Below are positions 16,191 through 23,414 of a stretch of 23,414 nt of DNA, piece after piece. The notes beneath the pieces are model-generated. The model saw nothing but the letters and a program-made list of their open reading frames with translations. It did not search any database and was not told the origin of the DNA. This stretch comes from Candidatus Wukongarchaeum yapensis (lineage in GTDB: Archaea; Asgardarchaeota; Wukongarchaeia; Wukongarchaeales; Wukongarchaeaceae), in assembly GCA_016840425.1 (NCBI GenBank), contig JAEOSI010000008.1:1-23414 (forward strand). Direction: 5' to 3'. Both the position numbers and the translations under genes were made by a program. The number at the start of each line of letters is the position of its first letter. The stretch's first letter is position 1.

Positions 16191-18083
16191 TTGGCTGAAG
16201 AAAAGATTAGTGCTCATGAATCGATACGAGAGATGTATGAAAGGGTTCATGGTGAGGGAATGACCAATGTGTTTGATCGTTTTGAAGCTCAAGGGAAGCG
16301 TTGTACTTTTTGTTCTGAGGGCATTCGTTGTGCTTTATGTTCCAATGGACCTTGCAGAATAAAGCCAAGATATCATCCTTTGGCAGATAGGGGTGTTTGT
16401 GGTATAAATGCTGATGGAATGGCCATGCGAAACATGCTCATAAGAAACATATTGGGAGCATCTACTTATGCTTATCATGCTAACGAAGTTTTCAAAACCT
16501 TAAAAGCTACCGGAGAAGGAAAAGCGCCCTTCAAAATAAAAGATGAAAAAAAGCTCAAAAATTTGGCTGAAAACCTGGGATTAGACCCCTCTCTACCTGT
16601 AAACGAATTGGCCGTAAAAGTAGCAGAGATAATGATAGAAGACTTGCATCGAGACCAAACCGTTCCCTCTATTATGGTGGAAATTTTCGCCCCAGAAGAA
16701 AGGAAAGAGACTTGGAAAAAACTCGGAATATTCCCAGGAGGTCTTCTCCACGAGATCATGCGTGCTACCTCAAGCTGTTTAACCAACGTTGACAGTGATT
16801 ATGTCTCATTAGCCTTAAAAGCTCTAAGAATGGGAATATCAACTGCCTACAGCGCCCTACTAGCCTTAGAACTTGCTCAAGATGTACTTTTTGGCACACC
16901 AACACCCCATGAAACAGAGGTCGATTTAGGCGTCCTCGACCCAGAATATGTGAACATACTTCCCAATGGACACGAACCGTTCTTAGGCGCTCTCATGATA
17001 GAGATAGCCCACAAGCCAGAAGTCCAACAAATGGCTAAAGATGTAGGAGCAAAAGGTCTTAGAGTCATCGGTTCTATAGAGACAGGACAAGAACTCCTCC
17101 AAAGATATCCTAAAGATGAGTTCTTTGTAGGTATGACTGGAAACTGGTTAAATGAAGAGATGGTCATGGCTACGGGAGCAGTAGATCTTTTGGCTGCCGA
17201 TATGAACTGTAGCGTGCCTGCTCTATGTATCTACGCTGAAAAATATAACAGTACTGTTATTCCCGTATCTGAGCTTGTAAGCCTTGTAGGGTGTGAAAAG
17301 AGAATAGATTATCATCCAGAGGAAGCTGAAGAACAAGCCATGGAACTTATAAAGATTGCTTGTGAAAACTTCAAAAAAAGAAACGGAAAACCGTCCCACG
17401 TCCCACAAATTAAGAAAAAAGCGATCGTAGGATTCTCGATAGAGTCCATATTAGACGCCCTCGGAGGCTCTTTATCGCCCCTACTTGAGGTGATAAAAGA
17501 GGGGAAAATTAAAGGAATTGTGGCTTTGGTAAGCTGTACAACGCTAAAAAACAGCGGACAAGACGTAACAACCATCGCTGTAGCCAAAGAACTAATAAAG
17601 AGAGACTTCTTGGTTTTGGGGATGGGGTGTGGAATTGGCGCCCTTCAAGTTGGCGGTTTAACAAGCCTTGAAGGTCAAGAACTTGCCGGTGAGGGACTAA
17701 AAGAGGTTTGTAAGGCGTTAAACATACCCCCAGTTTTAAGCTTTGGAACGTGTACCGATACGGGAAGAGCAGCCCACTTAGTGGCCCTGGTTTCAGAAGC
17801 TTTAAATGTCCCAGTATACGATCTTCCAATAGCCGCTACTGCACCAGAATGGATGGAGCAGAAAGCCACAATAGACGCTATTTTTGCTATAGCTTTCGGC
17901 CTTTACACTCACGTATCTCCAACCCTTCCTATTACAGGAGCTCCAAACCTTGTCTCTTTAGTGACAGAAGATGTAGAAGAGTTAACTGGCGGTAAGGTCG
18001 TGTGGGAAGATGACCCAGTAAAAGCAGTAGACGGAATAGAAGCCCACATTCTTGAAAAAAGGAAAAAGCTTTTCGGAGAATAA
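16191..18083 (+). CDS. cooS: CooS/Ni-CODH family protein with non-canonical C-cluster ligands
   Basis: CTFC..G..CALCSNGPC..RGVCG, NGHEP, DMNC, SCTT, MGCG, GTCTDTGR, PEWMEQKA. TTG start follows AAGGAGTG. Confidence 0.85.
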   Translation: MAEEKISAHESIREMYERVHGEGMTNVFDRFEAQGKRCTFCSEGIRCALCSNGPCRIKPRYHPLADRGVCGINADGMAMRNMLIRNILGASTYAYHANEVFKTLKATGEGKAPFKIKDEKKLKNLAENLGLDPSLPVNELAVKVAEIMIEDLHRDQTVPSIMVEIFAPEERKETWKKLGIFPGGLLHEIMRATSSCLTNVDSDYVSLALKALRMGISTAYSALLALELAQDVLFGTPTPHETEVDLGVLDPEYVNILPNGHEPFLGALMIEIAHKPEVQQMAKDVGAKGLRVIGSIETGQELLQRYPKDEFFVGMTGNWLNEEMVMATGAVDLLAADMNCSVPALCIYAEKYNSTVIPVSELVSLVGCEKRIDYHPEEAEEQAMELIKIACENFKKRNGKPSHVPQIKKKAIVGFSIESILDALGGSLSPLLEVIKEGKIKGIVALVSCTTLKNSGQDVTTIAVAKELIKRDFLVLGMGCGIGALQVGGLTSLEGQELAGEGLKEVCKALNIPPVLSFGTCTDTGRAAHLVALVSEALNVPVYDLPIAATAPEWMEQKATIDAIFAIAFGLYTHVSPTLPITGAPNLVSLVTEDVEELTGGKVVWEDDPVKAVDGIEAHILEKRKKLFGE

Positions 18084-18128
18084 ACACAAAAATTTTATTC
18101 AACTTTTTATTTTTTTATATGTGATTTT

Positions 18129-19445
18129 ATGACTTCATTAACTGTTAATTTATCACATCTTTTTGATCTGTTTCCTTTAGAGTTCTTAGGTGATCGGGTT
18201 TTTGTCTCTTATAAGCGATCTGTGAAGGGAGTTTTAGATTTAAAGAAGCTTTATGCTTTCCTATGTAATCGCCTTGAAAGCAGCGATTTAAGCATAGATT
18301 TATGGGAGGAAGAGGGAAACCTAGTTTTCTATTTTGAAGCCTCTTCTAAGGTTGATGAAAGCGAATTGGTAAAACTTTTGGAAGAGTTTGCTTCAAGATC
18401 CTTAGGAGAAACGGCTCAAAACTACTTCACTGGAAGAAAATTAATTTTCTTAGATCGAGGATTTCCATTAATGGGAAGCGATTTTATAGGCATAATAGAT
18501 CGCGGCACAAACCTTATAGAGGTAAAGCCTTGTACAGGCTGTAACCTGAACTGTGTGTTTTGTAGCGTGGACGAAGGACCTTACTCTAAAACAAGGAAAG
18601 TAGATTATATAGCTTATCCTGATCGCCTGATAGAGGTTTTTAAGGAGGTAGCTTCTCATAAGGGTTTCCATCATTTAGAAGCCCACATAGATGCTCAAGG
18701 AGAACCCACAATATACCCTTATCTTTTAGATCTGATAAGAGGTCTTAATGAGATTCCGGGCGTAGAAGTTATCTCGATACAGACCAACGGAACTCTCCTC
18801 GACAAAGATTTCATAAAAAATCTTGAAAAGGCAGGTCTCACAAGGATCAACCTATCAATAAACTCTTTAGATTCAAAAAAAGCGAAAAAAATCTCGGGAA
18901 CAAAAAGTTACGACATAAAGCACGTAGTTGAAATAGCTGAGCTTATTATTAACAATTCAAAAATCGATCTTTTAACCGCTCCAGTTTGGGTTCCTGGAAT
19001 CAACGATGAAGACATAAAAGAGACAGTACTTTTTACAAAAGCTCTCCTCGAAAAGAAAGGAGAAACTCAAAAAATGCCCATATTAGGCATTCAAAACTGT
19101 TTAAGATACAGATTTGGTCGAAACCCTAAAAAAGTAAGGTTTAGGAAGATGGAAAGTTTTTACGAACACCTTGAAAAACTTGAAAGGGAGCTTGAGATTA
19201 AGCCTCTAAAACTCCGAAAAGAAGATTTTGGGGTGCATTCAAGGCGCTCCCCCTTAAAACCTTTCAGAAAAGGGGAAGTCTTAGAAGCCAAAGTAATAGG
19301 GCTAGGCAGGCTTCCAAAAACTGTTTTAGCCCTATCTGGAGAAAGGCTCATACAAGTGATAAATTGTACCTTACCCATCGGTAAAAAATTTTCCGTAAAA
19401 ATAGTACGCACAAAACACAACATATTCACAGCAATACCTGCCTAA
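18129..19445 (+). CDS. Radical SAM protein with C-terminal TRAM-like domain (COG2100-like)
   Basis: IIDRGTNLIEVKPCTGCNLNCVFCSVDEG, IDAQGEP, QTNG; C-terminal beta-rich KIVRTKHNIF. Confidence 0.85.
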   Translation: MTSLTVNLSHLFDLFPLEFLGDRVFVSYKRSVKGVLDLKKLYAFLCNRLESSDLSIDLWEEEGNLVFYFEASSKVDESELVKLLEEFASRSLGETAQNYFTGRKLIFLDRGFPLMGSDFIGIIDRGTNLIEVKPCTGCNLNCVFCSVDEGPYSKTRKVDYIAYPDRLIEVFKEVASHKGFHHLEAHIDAQGEPTIYPYLLDLIRGLNEIPGVEVISIQTNGTLLDKDFIKNLEKAGLTRINLSINSLDSKKAKKISGTKSYDIKHVVEIAELIINNSKIDLLTAPVWVPGINDEDIKETVLFTKALLEKKGETQKMPILGIQNCLRYRFGRNPKKVRFRKMESFYEHLEKLERELEIKPLKLRKEDFGVHSRRSPLKPFRKGEVLEAKVIGLGRLPKTVLALSGERLIQVINCTLPIGKKFSVKIVRTKHNIFTAIPA

Positions 19446-19504
19446 AAAAGGGGGGGGATCTTTCTAAAAAATGAGACTTAAACTTTTTATTTATTTACTG
19501 TTTT

Positions 19505-20170
19505 TCAGCCGAAACGTTCTATTATGGGCACTATTTCTATCAGCTTGTCGACAATGAATTGGGCTCCTGCTTCCTTTAATTCTTCCGCTGTACAAGCTCC
19601 CGTGGTTACTCCTATGCTTAAAGATAGTACCTGTTTTGCTGCGATCATCTCACTTGTTGAATCCCCAATAACAAAGGCATGATATGGTTTCATAAATAAA
19701 CGTTTACAAGCTAACACAATCATTTCGGGGGATGGTTTACCCTTTTTTACTTCATCAAGCCCTGTCAATACTTCAAAATAATCCTTAAGTCCTACTTTAG
19801 CTAAATCTTTTTCAATAGTTTCCCGCTTATCATTCGCTATAACTCCAAGTTTAAGCCCCATCCCATCTAGGTGCTTAAGGGTTTCTTCTGCGTCAGGAAA
19901 AGATTTTAAGTGCTTTTCCGCCAGTCCTCTATACTCTTTTTCATAATCCTCCTCTATTTTTTGCGCTAAATTATCGCTTATATCTTGATTTAAAAGCTTC
20001 ACAAGCTCAACGCCACCATACTTTCCAAATTGACTATGTGATCTTAACTCTTCCTTGCTTATAGGATGTTTGTTCATGGTAAGTGCTTTACTCCAAGCTT
20101 GGGCATGTAAGTTAAGGGAATCAACTAAAACACCGTTTAAGTCAAATAATACGCCTAAAATCCTCATCAA
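19505..20170 (-). CDS. HAD-superfamily hydrolase (class IA, beta-PGM-like)
   Basis: FDLNGVLVDS, KGKPSPE, IGDSTSE. Confidence 0.85.
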   Translation of the reverse strand: MMRILGVLFDLNGVLVDSLNLHAQAWSKALTMNKHPISKEELRSHSQFGKYGGVELVKLLNQDISDNLAQKIEEDYEKEYRGLAEKHLKSFPDAEETLKHLDGMGLKLGVIANDKRETIEKDLAKVGLKDYFEVLTGLDEVKKGKPSPEMIVLACKRLFMKPYHAFVIGDSTSEMIAAKQVLSLSIGVTTGACTAEELKEAGAQFIVDKLIEIVPIIERFG

Positions 20171-20206
20171 AAAACACCTAAAAACATCTTTAATAGAACA
20201 CTTTCC

Positions 20207-20653
20207 TTATGTATAGATTTCGGATCTCTCAGCAAACCTATCCCAATAGTTATCTAAATGAAGACGATAATAGATCATAAGACCAAAGCCTGCGATGAAA
20301 AAGGGCGCCATTAAGATTAAATCTGCGCCTAAAAATGCTATAATCATCCCAAAAAGCGCCACGGTATCCGCAAGAGTTAAACTTATTATCCATGCAGTAA
20401 AAGGGCTCCAATCCTTACGTAGACTCGAAAATAACTGTTCAGGAATCCATTTAGAAAGAAACGCGTTAAAAAAGCCAATAATCCCCACTCCCAACACTAT
20501 CAAATTAAGATCTTCTTCAGCCGTATCAAAAGTTACTTCTCTTGCCACAAAAACAGCAACCAACAAATAAGCACAAGTCCCAAAAAACATCCCAAACCAA
20601 ATCACTTTAGCAGCGCGTCTAGTAGCACCAAAAGGACTCTCATACTGCTCCAT
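20207..20653 (-). CDS. Hypothetical membrane protein (about 4 TM)
   Basis: Four hydrophobic segments; AGGTGG lies 9 nt before the ATG. Confidence 0.7.
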   Translation of the reverse strand: MEQYESPFGATRRAAKVIWFGMFFGTCAYLLVAVFVAREVTFDTAEEDLNLIVLGVGIIGFFNAFLSKWIPEQLFSSLRKDWSPFTAWIISLTLADTVALFGMIIAFLGADLILMAPFFIAGFGLMIYYRLHLDNYWDRFAERSEIYT

Positions 20654-20850
20654 TAAACAAAGCCACCTTACAACACTAAAAAAACATGGATAAAGTCCTT
20701 TAAAAACAAAAATAAACTATTATTTGCTTATCAAAAAGGACAAAAATTTAAGTTTTTGCTCCCCTTAAAACCTTTTCCCGTTAGAACAACGTGAAGTAGT
20801 GGTTTATCTAAGCGTCTGGACATAGGTGATTCAAATTCATCCCGCATTAT

Positions 20851-21100
20851 CCATATAGGTGTGAAGACTCCGTCCGGAAGGGTGGAAATGAGGGTCCACA
20901 GGCCTTAAATATCTCAGTTTTCTATACTCTAACGAAACAGGCTTTTGGGCTACATGCTCAAGAGTAGGCCTGCCTTGTGCCTGTGGCACGTATAAACAAA
21001 TGGAAGTTAACATGTCCAAAACTCCTCCGATGGAAGGTGAACTTTTAGCAATTCAGAGTGTTAGGGGAGAAGCTCCCTGCGATAGCTGGGAGTAGTTCAC
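20851..21100 (+). mobile_element. Non-autonomous IS200/IS605 derivative (PATE/MITE-like) carrying an orphan omegaRNA-like right end
   Basis: Right end GAAG-CTCCC.GC-GATA-GC.GGGAG-TAGT-TCAC (21069-21100). Left end AAGA-C-TCCGTCC-GGAA-GGGTGGA (20864-20886), preceded by TTAT (20847-20850). Internal GCCTGTGG and hairpin CTTTTGGGC/GCTCAAGAG. Confidence 0.7.
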
Positions 21101-22245
21101 AAGGGCAAATACAAAGTTTGCAGTCTATCTTTCGTGGGATATTCTTCCACAGTAGCACATTTCAGCCCCTTTCTCTTTAAGTAAGGCGCGATTTCCTCCA
21201 AGATATACCAAGCAGTTTCTACACGAACTTTTTTAGGATTTACCCTCAACATTTCCACAGGCACTTCAAAACTCCTCCTTAACATTCGCACTATCCTCTC
21301 CAACTGATCCCTTTCCTCCTCCGAATCTCCTCTGCAAGATATAGTCTCTATAACCCCAAAATACAACAACCCTTCCTCCGTGACCTCTTGGTACGGTCTT
21401 GCAACATTTCTAGCCCTCCTTAACAACCTATTTCTCAACTGTACACCGTCTTTTATCCACGTAGGACAATAATGAACTGAAAGTTTTCTAACGTTTTCCC
21501 TACACCACTCCAAGACCTTCAAAGCTGCCTCTTCGCTACCCTCCACAGCAGCGATAGCTCCCTCCCTCAATCTAAATCCTCTTTTCTCTAACTCCTTAAA
21601 ATTGGTCTCTGAAATCTCCATCTCATTTATATTAAAAAAGTGTACCCCTACCTCCTCTAAATACCTCGCAATCTCAATCAACTTCACCTCTCCCTGCGGT
21701 ATTGCTGGAACCTCCACGCCCACTTTCCAATCATACTCCAAAGCCTCCCTCAAACTTCCAAGGGAAACACGGCTCACCGGATGAAATCTTATCTCATCCA
21801 AACCCGCCTCATAAAGGCTCTCTAATCTCTCTATAGTCGCCATTTTACCCGTAGTATAAAGATGTATATGAAACCCCGCTCCAAACTCCCCTTTCAAAAA
21901 TTTTACATAATGAAGGGTTCTCTCAAAAACCATAAACGGCTCCCCTCCAGTAATCCCGGCTCCTTCAGCTCCACTGATTCTTCCCTCTTTTAAGAGTTCC
22001 TCATCCCTCAAAACCCTCCTTTCATTAGCATAAATCACATCCTTACCCTTTCTCCCTTCTGATAAGGGACAATAATAACATTTTGAATCACAAAGCCCTG
22101 TAACCAAAAGGACAAGTTTAGCCCCTTCTAAACAAAGCTCACAACCTCTGGGAAGCTTCCCAATATAGGGAGAACCCCCAACATTTTTTCGCACTCTTCT
22201 CTTTCTCCCTTTTTTCCCTTCGCTATCACTTCCCTTATCTACCAT
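21097..22245 (-). CDS. Radical SAM protein (COG2108-like)
   Basis: LPRGCELCLEGAKLVLLVTGLCDSKCYYCPLS, GITGGEP, HIHLYT, DEIRFHP. Confidence 0.85.
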   Translation of the reverse strand: MVDKGSDSEGKKGRKRRVRKNVGGSPYIGKLPRGCELCLEGAKLVLLVTGLCDSKCYYCPLSEGRKGKDVIYANERRVLRDEELLKEGRISGAEGAGITGGEPFMVFERTLHYVKFLKGEFGAGFHIHLYTTGKMATIERLESLYEAGLDEIRFHPVSRVSLGSLREALEYDWKVGVEVPAIPQGEVKLIEIARYLEEVGVHFFNINEMEISETNFKELEKRGFRLREGAIAAVEGSEEAALKVLEWCRENVRKLSVHYCPTWIKDGVQLRNRLLRRARNVARPYQEVTEEGLLYFGVIETISCRGDSEEERDQLERIVRMLRRSFEVPVEMLRVNPKKVRVETAWYILEEIAPYLKRKGLKCATVEEYPTKDRLQTLYLPL

Positions 22246-22954
22246 ATTTTTTTAGCCTCCTTTTTATCGCAGGATCCCTCGCTAAAACCTCATTAAAAAC
22301 CTCCTCAAAACTTTCAAAAGGCGCTAACTCTCTCTTAAAATACACACCAGTACGCCCTACTTGATCACGCCTCGTAAGGACCCTCACCCTCTCTTTCACA
22401 ATAGACAAACCAACACCAAGCTTCCTAGCTACAACGCTTTCCTTCCCCACAACAGGGGACTCCTTGTGACCCGTCTCCGTAGGTTCTATTAAAATAAGCC
22501 TTTTATCCACTCCCGGAACCCTTTTCTTATCCCTCAACCCTTCAAGCTCTAACGCACCCCCAAACCTATAAAATTCATGTTCAAGCTCCGTCATCTTCAC
22601 TAAAGGAAAAGTCACAGAAACCTCAGGTTCAAGATATATATGGGCTTTTAAAACACTTTTAGGCGTCGCCTGAACCATCATCTTCGAATAAAAAGAACCA
22701 CGCCCCATACGCGTTAAAGCAGTCTCCACCATAAAGCTTGAAACCTCATAAGGAACAACTATATCAATATCACTCGTAGGGGAAACATCCCCCCTTGCTA
22801 AACTTCCATGAACCATGCTCCTTATCTTGTGTTCTGCCAAGCTTTCCATTATACTAATAGCTTTGTCCTGCATACTTTGAAACAAAGACCAATGTCTTTC
22901 ATCATAAACTACCTCAACCACATCAACCACATACTTAGGTTTTTCCGCAGGCAA
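22235..22954 (-). CDS. Pol-beta-superfamily nucleotidyltransferase (COG2413-like)
   Basis: VHGSLARGDVSPTSDIDI; overlaps the radical SAM gene start by 11 nt. Confidence 0.8.
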   Translation of the reverse strand: MPAEKPKYVVDVVEVVYDERHWSLFQSMQDKAISIMESLAEHKIRSMVHGSLARGDVSPTSDIDIVVPYEVSSFMVETALTRMGRGSFYSKMMVQATPKSVLKAHIYLEPEVSVTFPLVKMTELEHEFYRFGGALELEGLRDKKRVPGVDKRLILIEPTETGHKESPVVGKESVVARKLGVGLSIVKERVRVLTRRDQVGRTGVYFKRELAPFESFEEVFNEVLARDPAIKRRLKKYGR

Positions 22955-23211
22955 TATTTTAAGCCCCTTCTACCACGTAACTCCTTTAAAACCCCTCAAA
23001 AAAACAATCAACTTTCCCCATTCTTTCATAAAACTAAAGTTAAAAACACTACTTTTAAACCATTTTGAACATTTTTAACGTTTAAAAATTATGAAATCAA
23101 TTTAGCATACTAAACTCCTTCTAAAATATCATGGTCTTTAAAAGCTGTAAAAAATAAAAGTAGGGGCGAGTAATGAATTTTAGTAGTTTTCCCTTTCTTG
23201 GTTTTTGTTTT

Positions 23212-23414
23212 TTATTCTTCACACTCTTCTTTGATCTCTATGTAGACATCTTTTGGAAGGGCTAGGCCGAAACCTACTTCTACCGCTTTTAAGATCGCTG
23301 TAGGCACGGGGCAGGTAACATGCTTTAAATATTTAGCACAGATATTATATACAATTGAATCAACGAAGGATTTTTTTAACTCTCCTATGTTGCATTCTGA
23401 AAGCTCTTGAGCTA
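23212..23414 (-). CDS. Partial conserved hypothetical protein (DUF6951-like C-terminus)
   Basis: ..CAKYLKHVTCPVPTAILKAVEVGFGLALPKDVYIEIKEECEE*; 5' end is outside the window. Confidence 0.55.
   Translation of the reverse strand, partial: AQELSECNIGELKKSFVDSIVYNICAKYLKHVTCPVPTAILKAVEVGFGLALPKDVYIEIKEECEE

Noticed and set aside
20837-21019. 60-aa minus-strand ORF
   Set aside because: It is antisense to the IS605-derived element and has no recognisable motif.
1293-23068. Many 60-130 aa ORFs antisense or out of frame within larger genes (e.g. 1821-2189, 5865-6254, 7634-7939, 16475-16786, 20295-20570)
   Set aside because: Shadow ORFs of well-supported genes with no motifs of their own.

Overview
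AT-rich archaeal chromosomal window. A gelsolin-domain protein and a Rab-like small GTPase suggest Asgard archaea (inference). It holds housekeeping and accessory genes: SRP54, RNase HIII-like, CDF transporter, stand-alone LigD phosphoesterase, PAS-DUF835 plus a degenerate KaiC-like protein, ArsC, ferredoxin, Ogt, a CooS-like protein, two radical SAM proteins, a HAD hydrolase and a nucleotidyltransferase. Three tRNA genes (Ala-CGC, Ile-GAT, Asn-GTT) each carry two introns. Highlights: (1) a 607-aa TnpB/Cas12f-like RuvC gene with no transposase or CRISPR array, whose C-terminal ~125 codons overlie a dense hairpin cluster (candidate omegaRNA) ending 14 nt before tRNA-Asn; (2) a 250-bp non-autonomous IS200/IS605 derivative (orphan omegaRNA-like) whose right end supplies the stop codon of a host gene; (3) a microhomology-bounded tandem-duplication scar at 14556-16198; (4) a CooS-like protein with non-canonical C-cluster ligands. 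Protein family calls come from motif recognition by eye; no database searches were run.
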